From Monocercomonoides exilis PA203 (Eukaryota > Protista > Preaxostyla), in NCBI GenBank assembly GCA_001643675.2, contig LSRY02000011.1, forward strand, positions 744,001 to 808,000: DNA of 64,000 bases, written 5' to 3'. The number at the start of each line of letters is the position of its first letter. Within the stretch, counting starts at the first letter, position 1. The position numbers and the translations under genes were made by a program. The notes below the pieces were generated by a model. It ran no database searches. It worked only from the letters and a program-made list of their open reading frames with translations, and had not been told where the DNA came from. This document shows, piece after piece, positions 26,301 through 41,300 of this stretch.

Positions 26301-29300
26301 GGATCTTGTTCTGGCAGTACCTTGCAAAGAAGATGAAGAACCGCATGTCTGTTGTGGTGTCGTTGATGTCGGTGAGGATGATGCACTTCCTCATCGAACT
26401 GTGCGTGCCGAAATTCGGATTGACAAATGGAGATGAAGATGAGGAAGATGAGGAAGAAGAAGAAGAAGAGGAGGAGGAAGAAGAGGAAGAGGAAGAGGAA
26501 GAGGAAGAGGAAGAGGAAGAGGAAGAGGAAGAGGAAGAGGAAGAGGAAGAGGAAGAGGAAGAGGAAGAGGAAGAGGAAGAGGAAGAGGAAGATGATGATG
26601 AAGTTGCTGTAGACGAGAAGGAAGACATCAAATTTGAAGAAGAAATACGGAAACCCTCGCTGCTGCGGCTGGGCTTCAGAGCAATCATCGACAGCGCATG
26701 CAAAAGCAGGCCATAAGCATTCGGGTTCTTCATCGAAATCACAAATGGCGAGTTCTGCGGATCTTCTATGCCATACAGCCAGAAGATGGAGTTGATTCTG
26801 TCTGCTTTGTGCGAAAGGGAAGTTGAGGTGATCACTTCGAACTGGTCGAACAACAGAGGGATGCTGTAATGCAAGGCAAACGATCCAGGAAGAGAAGTCG
26901 GGAAGAATTTCTTCATTCCGCTGATCTGCGCAAGATAGTCAAAACGCAGCGGGGCGAAGAAGAAGCCAGAGGCAAAGAGGATGTATGTGAACATGTTGGT
27001 GATCAGCTTGCGGCTGGTGGAGAAGGAGCAGCGGGGAGGAGCAGAGGAAGCAGGGTTGCTGAAGGTTGAGTTGAGCATAAAAGCAGAAGAATTAGCGAAG
27101 GGAGAAGAAGGAAGAACAGATCGATCGTCAAACATGGGCTGCGATTGACTGGATGATGTGGGGGAGATGGCGGGTGTTCGTGAGAAGAGAGAAGAAGGAG
27201 GAACTGAAGAGGAAGAGAAAGAAGGAGCAGCAGCTGTTGTTGAAGGCAAAGAGGCAGCAGAAGAGATGGCGTGTGCTGCACCTGGCAGAGTTGAAGCGGA
27301 GACGCCTGACAAGTTCGGATTCGACACGTAAAGTTCCGTTTTGTAGAGAGGAACCCCCTTTCCTTCCTGCAAACGCGCGAAGAGGGAGCGGTATCTGTCA
27401 CCAGATGAGTACTTAGCATTCGATTTGAACGTGTCTTTTGCTTCGGGTATGCTGTCAGCGGGGTTTCTTCTGTGCAAGTTCTTGAGGAGCTCCTGTGTGG
27501 ACGAGGCATACGGCACATCAGCACAGCGCGGGTGATCTTCGCTGACACCATCGGCGAAGAGATACAAATTGGAAGAACACGACTGAAGGAAGAAGTAAGG
27601 CACAGACAGGATGTCCAGGCCGTGGGAGTGGAGGATGCCGCAGTAGGACTTCAGCTTCAGGTTGAGTGGAAGATGGCGCATGGTGCTTAGCGGAGAGGAA
27701 GAAGGAGAGGTAGAGGCAGAGGCAGAGGAGGAAGAGGAGGAAGAAGAAGAACCGAAAGGCGAATGAGCTGCAGAGGGGGATATGGCATTTGCAGGAGATT
27801 GCATCTGCAACGACCCGTTCTGAAACTTCGATGAAGATAAAGATGAATTCATTCTTTTGAGCGGCGGGATGTTCGGAGTGCTTCTCTGGCTGTGTGGGAA
27901 AGCGTGGTTGGAAGGAGTGGGCGAAGAAGAAGGCGTCGGCTGGCGAGAAAGATAGGCACTGGATGAATGCGAGTTTGGCATCATTGAAGAGGAAAAATAA
28001 GGAATAAGCGACAGATGAGACGGTGCTTGTGCTAATTCGGCCTGTGTGGAGGAAGGGGCAGGGCACTGAAGAGAAGTTAAGGAGTTCATTGAAGAGTTGC
28101 GATGGAGAGGGGATATGGGAGGTGAAGGGGAAGCGGTTGTTGAACTGACTGCAGAAGAAGAAGAAGACAAAGATGATGAAGATGACGAATTTCCCAAAGG
28201 ATTCGCACCGAAGCTGATTTCATTGCTGTTAATAGCCTTGGAAAAAGCCGCGTTCATATCAATTTGATTCATCAGTGTTTTGCTCACATCAGCAAACGAG
28301 AACGAAAAACTGTCCATGCCACTTTCCGCCAAGCGGTCAAACGACATCGAAATGAGCGTGTTTATGTTGTTTGCATTTGGCGAGACAGAAATGTGGTTCT
28401 CGTTCAGAATGGGCATCACAAAGTCCTTCATCAGCTTCGTCCGCACAGCCAGCCCGCATTTACATCCAAGCACAAGCTCAACAGAAAGCACGATTGTATC
28501 ACCGATCATCGTCCGCAGTAGGTTCTTCTCCTTTCCGAGCTCCAAATAGAGCGAGTCGATCATCAGAGACAAAGAAAACATCAGATATTCGGATTTAAGC
28601 AGCAGGCTCTTCGCTTTCTGCAGCGCGCCTTCAGACAAGTTCTTGTTCTTTTCAAGCAGTTTTATCTGCTTTTCGCAGATTTCTTTTTCCTTCTCGATTT
28701 CTTTGTTCATCTCCTTCAGCTTCTCCCTCTTCGCCTGCGTCGTCACGATGAATAGCATCAGCTCAAACTGCTTCTTCTCCTCCTCTTCAAACGACGCTGC
28801 ATGCACTGCCGTGAACGATATGTTCAGCAGCCATCGATAAATATGCCTCGCACACGAATATTCTTCTGGAAGCTCATTGAACGCCACACTCGATTTCAGC
28901 CTGTTGAATGTCTCCTTCGCCACCGCCTCAGGCACTCCCATCAAGTCTACGTGCCACAGTCGCTTCAGAATCTCGTTCGAAGGCAGGTTGTGCCCGTTGG
29001 TCGTCCTCATCTCATCGCCCATCACAAAACTGACCACAATGTCAGACAGCTTCCGTCCGGCGGTGCTTCGAGTGATGACAGAGCGGAAGTTCGTGATGGC
29101 AGACGGGCTGAGCAGCATCAGCTCAGACATCGCACTCTTCACGAAGCCCAGCAGAACCAGCTTCTCATCAGTGACATGTTCATTTCCCCGCTTCACAAAC
29201 ACATTGGCCATATCCAATTCTTGGCTAAGTGTGTCGATCTCCATCTTGTTCTTCATGTAAGCTGTCTCGAGTGCAGTCACACGGTTCTTCATGAGCACAA

Positions 29301-32300
29301 CGATATCCTGGTGCTGCAGCAGAATCTGCGTCTGCGAGATGATCTGCCTCAGCTTTTCTATCTGCTGGTGCAGCCGTTCAATGAGTGATATCACAGACTC
29401 GATGTGCGCAATCTGCTTCTGGTGAGATCGCACGCCATAGTACAAATAGCGCGAAAAGTATTCAACCAGCAGCACGAAGTCGATGATTGAAGGCCCATTC
29501 ACGTAGAACGAGCCGATCTGCCTGTCTGTTCCTAAGTGGCCCCAGATCGTGCGGTCCATGTCAGACTTCTGGGAGAGAGAGACAGCAGCTGAGTAGATCT
29601 GGGCGAGGACGAAGTTGATGGTGCGCACGAGGAGAAACTGCGAGCTGGAGGGGGAGAAGAGGGCGGTGGGGAGGTCGTGTGCTGCCTGCTGGGCAAGCGG
29701 CGACTCGGCTGGCGACATTTCTGTGGGCGAGTCGGGATCTTTCCTTTCGGAAATGCCTTCGCCAATCGCACTGGCAATAGATGGATTCTTGGCGAAGGCG
29801 TTTGGAGATGTACCATCCAGACGGGAGCCGGAGGAAGAAGGAGACGTTGGAGTAGTAGAAGAAGTGACAGAGAAAGAAGAGCGGCGTATCAGTTCTCGCT
29901 GGGAGCGTTGGACTTGCTCTGTTCTGAGTGATTTTTCATTGAAGGAATGTTGATACATCAATGGAGGGACGCCTTTTGGAGAAGTAACAGAAGACGGAGA
30001 AACAGGGAAAGAAGCTGAGGAGGAAGGAGGCAGAGGCGTTCTGGCTGAGTCTGGGGGTGCTTCAGCGATTGTGGGAGGATGTGTGAATGACTCTGATATG
30101 AGCGAGGATGCTGATCCGGCCGGGGTGATTGGGGTTGTAGCTGTGGTTATTGTGGATAGAGTAGGGCGATGCATAGGAGTTGACATAGCAGCAATGAAGG
30201 AAGCGGAGGAAGAGGAAGAAGAAGCAGAAGGTGAAGCAGAGGAAGAAGTTGGAGATATATTTGACAAAGTGGTGTGTTTCAGAGCATTCAAAACTGCTTT
30301 GCCAAGCACACTTCCATTGCCGTCGTGCGAGTTCGATTTTTGTAGCGACAGCTGGAAAATGGTGTCTTCGCAGGAGAGAAAAGGCGCGAGTGTGCTCATC
30401 ACATGCCTCGATATGTTCGAAGAGATCTGCGCAAGCGTTGTTTCTGCAGGGAGCATGCTGAAGATGAATGACACCGTGTCCTTCATCGAAGACACCGCAT
30501 AGAGCAGCTTCTCGAAATTGCATTTTTTGGAGTAAAAACAGACCCGAGTGGTCTGAGACACTTTGTCCAGCATCATGTCGATGTCTCTGCCTCTGATGGT
30601 TGGCATGCCCATCTGCGACATGATGAACGCCATGCGCCGCAAGAAGAACGTGAGGAAGCCTTCGTTCGACGTCAGCTGGAAGTTCCGCGCCTCTTCAAAG
30701 GCCAGCGGTTCAAACGTCTGGTCCATGTACACCTGGTTGAGCATGCCCTTCTGGAAGACCATCAGCAGGATGTCGAGCAGATACAGCATGTCTGGAACCA
30801 GCTGGGTGAAGCGCACCACAAAGAAAGCAGAGAGGCCTGTGGGAAGATACGTCGAGTGCGGCGGGCGAATGCCGTTCTTGTCCTGCAAGCGAGTGACCTG
30901 CGGAATGAGTCGGCGACGTTCAGATGCTGCGGAGCGAGAAGAAAAAGCAGAAGAAGCAGAACCATGAGAATGAGCACGAGCATGAGAAGGAGCAGGTGGC
31001 TCAGGCGGAGGTGCGCAATGAGCGTGTGGCACGAACGAGTCGCAAATTGTGGGAGCACCTTCACAAAGCCCGTGTCTGGTGACAAACAAAGCCAGCGTGT
31101 CCAGAAACATCTTGGCAGACTTGAAATTCAAAGGGAACGAGGTGAATGTGAAGTTGACATCGAGAAAACACGCAATAGAGTGGAACATCACGTCCTTGTT
31201 GAGCCCTTCGGTATCAATCACTGCAATTGGGTTAGTCGACTCGACGAATGTCTCGCAGCACTTCATGAACCACATGGCATACTCGGGAGAAGCACACAAA
31301 TTGGACGTGTAGTAGTTGGCAAGTGTAGCAAAAGTGTTGTCGCGCAAGCCATTTGGCAGCAGCCGATCGCTGAAGAACTTGCCGATAGTTTCCAACGACC
31401 CGCTGATGGGGGTCATAATGCGCTTGGATCCAGTTGAGGACATCTCCTGATATGGCTGCTGCTGCGGAGGCGGAGGCTGGTTCTGCATCACAACTTGTTG
31501 CCTTTTGGAGGATGAAGAAGCAGGGAACATGGCAGAGGTGTAAGGCTGCGAAGATGGTTTGATCTGGTTGTGGAGGTGAATAACCTCAAAGAACACTCTT
31601 TCTGTGGTTTGCACTTCATCTGCAAAGAAGGCGATCCAGGCATTGTTGATGATCTTCTTCACGAATTTGCCCAGTCTATGTGTCCTCTGGCAGAGCACAT
31701 ACACTCTTTCGCACTCCCACAGCCACAGCTTGGCGAAGAGGCTTGGGTTCTGCAGGATCGCAGTTGATCCGCTGCAGACACCCTGCAAGACAGATATGTA
31801 CATGTCGATTGTCGGTGGCGACTGCCCGTGCTTCTCATTCGCAAGTGCCAAGTGCACATAGACGGTGGCCGGTAGCACGTTTCCGAAGAACATTCTGTAG
31901 CAGTCTCTCAGCGGATAGTCCTGGATGATCCCCATCCCGGTGTCTGGGCACAAATACAGTGGAGAGTAATCCTTTCCACCGCTGTTCAGTCCGCACGCTG
32001 CTGCGCTTTGGCCACGCTCGAAGGAATCTTCAGGGCAGAACGAGTCGATTGATGACTGCAGCACATTAGAAGCAACCCAGGGGATGTTTCTGTTCCACAT
32101 TACACGCGCAAGCTCAAAGTAGTCTTCGAAACTGGGTTTCGAAAAGCCGAAAATTGTGAAGGAGTTTGACACCGCCACGTTCTGCTCGTACGAAAAGAAG
32201 GAGTCGTCAGAGCATGTGCAGATGACTGGTGGCTGTGATTGGATCTTCCTCTCTGAAAACTCGGGTGTGATTGAGTATCCTTTGGCCACGCTTGACTGAA

Positions 32301-35300
32301 TGGCCTCTGCCACTGCCCCGATGACTCTTCTTCCTTGTCGCTGCTGCTCCACACTCTTGTCGTCAATGAAATGGATCACTTTCGCCTGCAGCGGGCACAC
32401 TGGAACGGTCAGATTCTTGCTTATTTCCTCGAAGGATTTGATGTACTCTTTGAGATGGATGGGATCGCATGACGAAAGCGGGATGTTGTACAACCGAGGC
32501 CAATGCACTTGAGAGTCGCAGCGGCGTGCCCATGACGACGTCTCAGACAGCAGCACTTCAGCGACTTTCGGTAGACAGCAAGCGATTGTCTCAGAAAGAG
32601 AAATACCGTCCAAGTATGAGTCGTCGAGGAGGATAATTGGCCTTCCAGCAAACGCCACAAGCGCAACAGCTGGAAGAATCATAGTGAAAGGCAGATATCT
32701 CGAAAAATATGGGGAAATCTCCTCGCAGTTTGGTAGGAATCCCAGAATGCTGTGAGAAGGCTGGATTTCGTACGTCAGCATCATCTTTTTCTCGATTGAG
32801 TCTGGGAAATAGTCAAAAATCGTTCCCACTTTTCCGAACTCCACGTCTTTCTCGAAGGCTGTCCTAAACCATTCGTCAAAGAGCTGGCTGTTAACTCCTG
32901 TTATGTTCCCTTTCCTTGAGTGGTTGATTTGGTTTGACGAAAAAGACACCTCGTCGGTGCTTTCGTTCAGATGCGTGTCCAACTCCTTCAGTTTCTTCAG
33001 AGGAGAATGGCGAGACACATCCATAAACAGATCTCCTTTTTGCTTTGGATGAGAAGGATAGTCCAACTGGTATCGCTCGTACCACATTGAGAACTGTGGA
33101 ATTGTCTTGTCAGGAGTGATAAAGTTCCCACCAGTTCCCCAAATGACGGCATACACTACAAACAGCTTCAGCACATCCATCTCCAGCCGCGTGCGAATGT
33201 ATCTGTTGTGCAGCTTGATCAGCGAACCAAGGATGGCAGTTGTTGTGTGGATCAGCCCTGTGATGGGAAGGCGCGCAGTCGATGAATGCTCGCATGCAGC
33301 GCCGGAAACTTTGATGAGAGAGATGCACTTCTGGAACGACAGACGCAGCCGCAGCACAGTCGCATCCAGAATCTCCCGCGGGATCTCATCTCCCATCGAC
33401 TTGGCCCATGCATCAAAGAGGTAGTTGGATATGGACAGCGAAGGAAACTGGATGGAGACAGAAAATGGTGATAAGCTGATGGAAGGAGGGATTTGAAGAA
33501 CAGAAGTGCGAACCTCAATAATGAATCTGGAGAGTGGAGGGAAGATAAATCTGTCTTGATCAGAGAAATTGAGTTCAAATGAATTTTCGTAGCCTTTTAT
33601 TGTGCATCCGTAGTATTTTGCGAGTATGGAGTGCAAGTCTTTGAATTGAGATGACTCTGAGATCTGGAACAGGATCCAAATTGGTCTTTCATGCGATGTG
33701 TGAGGGAGCGAAAAGTTGTATACCGATGATATGTCACCATACGCATCAGTGGGTGTGGCTTCCCCGTGTGGTGAAGATGACATCAATCCTTCTTTTTCAG
33801 ACTCCTTCATCGACTGCAGCTGGCTCATCCAAATAATCCCCCGCAGCGTTTCCATCGCCATCTGCATGATTCCATTGTAGTTTCCGTCTCTGTGCAGCAT
33901 CAAGCGCGACGTGTATGTGGTTAAGTTGTGAATTATCGGCGCCCGCTCGTATTTTTCCTCGAACAGGCCCTGCACCATTGAAAGCACAGCGGATTTTCCC
34001 AATCCCGGATAGCCAGTCAAGATTGCATGCCAGTTCGACTCCATCAGATTGAACACTTCCCAGCATTTATTCAGAAACGTCACATCTGGTGTCAGATTCA
34101 GCTTCTCCGCAATCGACTTCATCACAGTGTATGCAGGCCGAAGCACATAAGTATGAGTTGCTTTATCAAATACAACTAAAGTTTCTGCGATAAGAACTTT
34201 GCTTATTTCTGGGAACAAAAATGTGTTTGTCAGTCCAGGCAACAAAAGTCCCTCAGATGTCAAGCCAGATATGCTGGCAGCTGCTCCAATTGTAGGTAGA
34301 GAATGAGGCATTATTTGAGAATTGCGAGGCGCTGGGTATGCCAAATGTGAAACAGTCGATGGAATTGGTGAGAACGAAGCATTTGCGCAGGACGGGAACA
34401 CAGAAAGCAGAAGTGAATGGAGAGATTCAATCAGAGGCGGCAGGCATTTTTTAGACTCGTCAGGCATTGTGCACGATGTGTGAGTGAAATCAATCAGTCC
34501 AAGCGGAACATTTTGGTTGTAGAACTTCTCGATAGCTCTCCAAGTGGCCAGGTAAATCGCGTTCTCTTCAATGGCCTCGTTGAACTTTGAAACCAACGGA
34601 CTGAACGTTGTGGGGTATTTCCATACCAAATGCTGCAGTCTTCTGATATCCCCGTTTTGCTTTGCCAGAGAAGTTGACTGAGACCGCAGATAATAGCTGG
34701 CATTAGAAACGATAGTGCGAAGGAACCGATAGTCAGTCAGCCTTGTTGAAATCATGTCTCTACCATCTTTGAATTCATATCGCATCAGATTTGAAGCGTT
34801 TGTAAAGAATGTGACAAGCTTCTCGTTCAAACTGTCGTAGCAAGTGAAGCCAAACGATGCAAGAACAAATGAAAGGAAGTCGCGAGGCGACATAACTGGG
34901 AATCCAATGGCGCGCAATGCCAAGTCCAATGAATCCTGCACTTGCCCATCATACGGAGTGCTAGATGAGTAAATGCCCATCACACACCATTCCTTCAGGG
35001 GCAGGTTGATTGTTGTTCTCAGCCCTTCCAAGTTGAGCGTTGCTGTGCCGTCAGTTGAGCCTGAGAACTCGTTGCGCCATTTTCTCAGGTCGTTCAGCAG
35101 ATCCACAAGCGAACGTCGAACGATCGGCGACAAAAGCTCAAGACGATCAAAGAGGATCCATCGATAGTCAATCAGCATTGACAGAAGCAGACGTTTCACC
35201 TGGTTGATGCCCACATTGGGAGTGCAATCAAAGATGTACAGGTTTTTACCCAACGAATGTGCCGAATCCAACAGGAACCTGACTGCAAGCTCGTGCTCTC

Positions 35301-38300
35301 TTTCATCTGCAATTAACAGAGGACCAGATATCTTCGCTTTGGGGCGATTTGCATCGAGAAAAGCAACAAAGATTGAATCGAAAATAAGAGCTGACGGGCC
35401 AGAAAATGGGAATGAGGGCAAAGAATTCCACGACGGAATCCATTCGAATCCATAGCGAAGCCGATTTAAACCATCATTTTGGTCGAGCGAACGGTCAGAA
35501 CACGGAATTATTTGCAGCAATGTGTTCTTTGTTTTGTCATATTCCATTGTTCTTCCTTGCTCCAACTTCAGTTGCAGAGCACGCATGTTTATCATTCCTT
35601 TGTAGCGATAGTCGTTTGACTCAACTTTCATAATCTCATTCACTTCTCGTGTGTCTGCAAGAGGGTGCATCACAAGTGGGTGCTGGAGGAACCCAGGAAC
35701 TTGCTTAATGGCAGCCAAGCGAATCGCGTCTTGGTGTGAAAAGTCATACAGCACAACAATTAGACGCTCCACAAAACTGCGAAATGTCAATAGTACTTCA
35801 GTGCTGCTCATGCGATTCGTCCTTCTCATTCGTCTTTGAGGCCTCGGCCGCATTCCTTTATCGTCTCCGCCATCTTCTATATCAATCCCCGAGCGCCCAT
35901 CCATTCTCATCTCATCAGCATCAACGATTTCATTTCCCGATAGATAAACACTGTGCATGTTGTGATAGGGTGTATTTCTGCCCACTCCTAACCTTGCGGT
36001 TGAATCAAAGCCGGTCTCATCATTTGACAGATTCTCTTCCTCATCAAAGTTTTCTTGTTCAAAGAATGCTAACAAATCGTCTTCATTATCGTCTTCGTCC
36101 TCGTAGCTTTCTTCCTCCTCTTCGTCGTCGTCGTCATCATCCAAATCATCGAGCTCTGATTCACTCTCGTGGATATCCTTTGTTGAGTCGCTTTGATCTG
36201 ATGCTTCAGTTATCGTGCTGAACGTGGTGAGGCTGCGAGAGGACGTGGGAAGTCCCATGTCCAGCTGCTCCGTCGCGTTGCTTATGTGTGAAATAGTTGT
36301 GCCACTAACCCATCCACTGACTGAAGATCTGCCTTCGATTTTGCTCCTTTGGCTGGTGGAATATGCTGTTGCTAGCTGCGAGCCGGCTGCTTCGTTCGGA
36401 TGCACTTTTGGCAAAAACGAAAAAACGGGAGAAGAAGGTGCTTTGATGTTTCTGGCCAACTCGGCTTTTTCGAATTCTGCTCGTTTCGATGGATCCATTT
36501 CGTCCTTTGACAACTTTGCATCATTTCTCAATGAACTGTCAACGTCGCTTCCTTTGAAGGCACTTTGGCGAATATCTTGGCTTTTCAGTCCATCTTTGGC
36601 AATTTCGTCTAACCGAAATCTTTTCTCCAAACTCATCTTATCTGAAAATCCCTTTTTCGGATCAACATTTAATTTTGAGTCTCTGTAATTCTGCATCAAG
36701 TCCTTTGCAAAATGCATCTGCTGCTTGAGTTTCCTGTGCTGCTTCCTGATCAGCTGGAGAATGAACTTTTTGTGTCTCACGAACGGGAATGGAATACGCT
36801 GGATGGACATAAGAAATGCCATGCAGTGATAGACATTCAGGTTCAGATCTTCGATGTGTGCTGTGAATGCTGACAGCTCTTCGTTCACAAAATAGTCGCT
36901 GATGACTCTCACTTTCAGCGAATATGCCAGTCGCACTGCTGCATAGAACACTTGCATCTGGACAGGATAGTTCTCCACAAAGTCAAACTGCATAAACAAG
37001 TAGCAAAACCAATGGAAGAACGTGTCGAATTCGTAGAGCGACTCCAGCGCAGATATAACTTGCTTCAGCAAAATTTTCGAGTTAGTCTTTGCAATCACCT
37101 CAGGAAGAGACCAGATGTCAGAGCCAATGTCCAAGGGGTCTTCGTTGTATATCATCCTCTCACCGCCAGATCCGACCAAGTAATGTGCAACGAATGAAGA
37201 CTCGTTGCGTGTGAGCTCAAAGCACAGCTCCTGTGCGCCTGGAACAAACTTCGACAGCAAATATGAGGGCACTTCACATCTTGTTCGGCCTTCAATGAAA
37301 GTCCCAGCAAAGTTGATCAGCTCGCTCGCAGTGAAAATGAGGAAGCGAGGCTTGTCAACAGCAATGCTCTTCATCTGCAAGGTTGGCGAATCAGATGTTA
37401 TCAGATTGGCTGCTTTGATGTAGCTCTCCAGTTCGTGCGTGATGTTCTTTGAATTGCGTATGTCGCTGAGTGAATGCATCTGCTCCAGTGTGATTGAGAT
37501 TTGCTCAAGCCCGTCAAAAAATGCGAGTGTGGATTGGTCCAAATGAATGATGTGGTGCAGCATCGCTGCTTTCACTTGGTTCATCACTTTCTGCACCTGG
37601 AAAAGCACATCGAGAAAACTGGTGATTTGCACGATCATGTTGATTGCAGAGTCGATTTCCTTCTGGTAGTCGCATGAATTCTCAGTCAGTGCGATCCCCA
37701 TGAGCTGGTGAAAGTCGTTGTTTGATTCCTCAATCAGCTTCGGGCACAGGCTTATGTCAACTGTTGGAAATGGGATGTCTGTCATACTCCATTTGCCTCT
37801 TTTCTTTTTCTTTCCTTTGCTCAGCGAAAGAGATGAATTCGATGCGTGTGAAGAACGAACAGCATATGAAGAAGAAGAAGAAGAACCAGGTGAAAGCGAT
37901 CTCTTCTCGTTTTCCCTGTGCTTGAAAATGAGCGGAAGTTTTGTAGTGGCCCATTTTTCTTCAATGTTCAGAATCTTCCTCTTCAGCACCGAAAGCTGCT
38001 CGCATTTTTCAAGCACAGTTTCAATGGCAGTTTCGCAGTCAGGGGTGCATATGTCAAAGAGCACTGACAATTCTATTTTCTTCTTCTGTGCCAATTCGAG
38101 ATAGTTATCAAATTGTGCGCTTGGTGCATGCATCTTCTTTAAGAGATCGCTCCAGTATTTCTCCTCAATCGATGTTTCTTTGATCCTGTTCATAATCTTC
38201 CACGCAACACTCCACTTCGTCAGCTGCGCCTTAAACGTGCGAAAGACCGATGTTGATGTTACTGGCTCAGTCATCGAAGATATGAAAGAGACAGACTTCT

Positions 38301-41300
38301 CAAACAGATCGAGCGGAAGATCCTCTTTTTCGAACTCGTCCCAGGTGTATTTAAAGAGCTCCTGTTTGATGTTTATGTCTGTTGACTTGATCAGGTTCCA
38401 CAGACTCGAAAGCTGCGTGACGTAGTTTTCGCACTCGTCGAAGTGGGGCAGAGGAAAATTGCTTGTGTGCGCGAATGAAGTTCTGATCTCGCCCAGGCTG
38501 GAGACTGATGCTGCGATGTCTTCGAACTCCTCTGTCAATGACTTCATCTTGCTGATGGCGTCCTCCCACGGCACTTCGTCTGTAAGTGGCGTGAACTCCT
38601 CGTCAAAGAGCTTTTCGTGGTACCGACTGATTCTTGCAATGGCTGTCCTGCCCATTGTGGATATCTCGTCCATCAGCATCTGCTCAATCACCTGGATTCG
38701 CTCTGCTGCTATGGACAGCTGGGTGCTTTTCAGTGTCTTCCACAGCTGCTCCAGCTCGACTGTGAGTGCGTTTAAGTCGTGATAGGCAACAGATGAGAAG
38801 TTTGTGAGCTGCGACAGACGAGAATTCACCAGAAGCAAGAAAGTATCAACGTTCTGCACATCTTGCAGTGCATTTCTTGTCGCATTCACCACTTCAACTT
38901 TCTGTGCAGACGACAAGTGAGTGAACGTCAGATCGAGAAAGCGCAAGATGGACGAGAGCACGTTCATCCCCCGCTGGCACTCTTGAGTGAGCCCGTTGTA
39001 CATGAATATGCAGAACGGGAGGCTCCACAGCACAGTGCGGGAAAACAGGTCCTGCTTCAGCGTCACCACGTCGATCGCCACCCACCCGAGAGGCACCCAC
39101 TGCGCAAGCTCAGACACACTCTGCTGCCACTTGTTGATCATCATCACGTGGCGGAGCCATTCGCACACGGGAGGGTTGCAGTTGCACTTGTTGATGACCC
39201 TTTTGAAGAGGTCGATCGCATCCACAACAAGATTGTCCCTCATCACAAACTTGTCTGCATTTCCGTTGTGTTTCGCGGTGGTGAGTGCAAAAGACGAAGC
39301 AACTCTAACAAGTGAAGGGGCAGAGACATTCGAAGGGAAGTAAGAAGAAGCAGTGGAGGATGAAAAAGAGGAAGAAGACGAGCTAGAAGAGAAAGAAGGC
39401 TGAGATTGGTCTCTTTGAAATCTGTCAAGTGACTTGTTCAACGAATCATAGACAACTTTAGTTTTTTTACTCTGATCAGTTATCTCATACTCAAACTCCT
39501 GATACAGAGCATCCTCGCCCGTCTCACTTGTTGCAACCTGCTTCGGATTTTTCGAGATGCCAGCGAGTTTCGTCTGGCACTGCCACTCAGCTTTCCTGTC
39601 TTCCAGCGACTCACTCACTTTAGCCAGTCTGATAAACGAGCTCGGAAAAACCGGAATTGCTGGTTCATCTCCAGCCAGGAGTGGTTTGCGCACAAAGGCT
39701 TCAAACGCCTCTTCCGGCTGCTTTGTCCACAGCGGCTCAAACAGCAGCAGCCGCTCTCTGAATTCGATGCAGCGCTTTTCGGACTCAAAGAGAACAGAAG
39801 ACAGCTGAGATGTGATCTCGCTGGTCTGCTCAACATCGTCCAGCTCAACAAGATTGCCCAGGTTTTCCATCATTTCGTCGAACAAGGCCACAAAATTGAT
39901 GCGATTGGGCAGGCTGCGACCAGCTGAATGCAACGCGACTGTTGGAAGCGATGAGGACATGGAGGAAGAAGAGGAAGAAATGAGCGGGGTGCCGAGTGTT
40001 GGGGTGGATGCGTAGTTCTGTTTAGGAGTGAGAGGCATCTGCAGAGAAGAGGTGAAGGCGGTGGAGAGGTCGAGTGTGCGGGGGGAGGAAGTGTTTGACG
40101 GTATAATCAAACCAGACGGAGGTGTCATAGTGGAAGACATGGGTGAAGACATCATTGCCACAGAATTCTGTAAGGAAGAGGAAGAAGACACGTGGAACTG
40201 TGCGGAAAACGTCGAAAGCGGAGTCGCCGATGCGTCTTCTGAAGCTGCTCTGGATGCAGCGACAGAGCCAGGGGCCATCGTGGGTGTGATTGGGAGCGAG
40301 GGCACTTCAGCGCTGTTAACTGAGTGGAATCCGAAGCAGAGCTGGCCTCCCGAAATGAGGAGCGGGATTTGAATCAAGGCGCGGTTGGAGCGGATGCTGT
40401 TGAGGATGTTCTGCAAAGTGAGGTTGACGGAGTTGATGAGTGTGGTGCGGAGGTTGTCGAAGAGCTGCCGGCTGATCATCTGCAGCGCGCTATCGTCGAC
40501 CTGCTCTCTTTCTAAATAGAGCAGCATGTTCTGCCGCATCGTGTGCAGCCGCTTCTCAAACAGCTCCTTCTCTTCCATCATCCTTCTGGGAATGGTCTTT
40601 GTTAGCTCCATGAATGAATCCTCCGTCAAAATCTCTGCCGGCATCGTTGACACCAGCGAGTTCTGCAGCGTCGTCAGCTCGTTGTTGTATGCTGCTCTGA
40701 GCGACGACAAGTAGCCCAGCTCCTTCAGCAGGGACTTGATGGCGTCGAGGCAGTGCGAGGCAAATGCCTGGAGATCTGGGTCAGACCAGGTGATCTGCTT
40801 CAGCCCGCGTTCCACACAGCCGACGACGAGGTTCACGCGCATCCGCAGGCACATCCGCATCAGCTGGCTGGACGAGGACATGAAGGACTTGTACTCGGTC
40901 AGGAAAAACACAAACCGCTGGCGCTGGTAGAAGAGCTGCGTCATCGTCTTCGCGATGGTTAGTGCGTGTGGAGTGACTTGTGAGTGCAGAGATTTCACAA
41001 TGCGGAATGTGGAGAGCAGCCAGTAGTAGTCACCAAGTGGCACATAAATAGACATCGGGTCGCTGTGATCGCGCAGCACAAACACAGTTTCGCCGAACTG
41101 GTCGCGCCGCAGCAGCTCCAGCTGCTCCATCCACGCAAACAGCCTGCTCTGAAAGGAAGAGGAAAGGGCGCTGTGGAGTTCAGAGAAACGCCGGTGCACG
41201 GAGATAAGCTCAGCAGCGAAGAGGGCAAAAAGCTTGGCGTTGGAGCTTTCGGCGTAGAAGATGCTGTAGGTGGATGAAAAAGTGCCTGGAAGGGCGTGGA

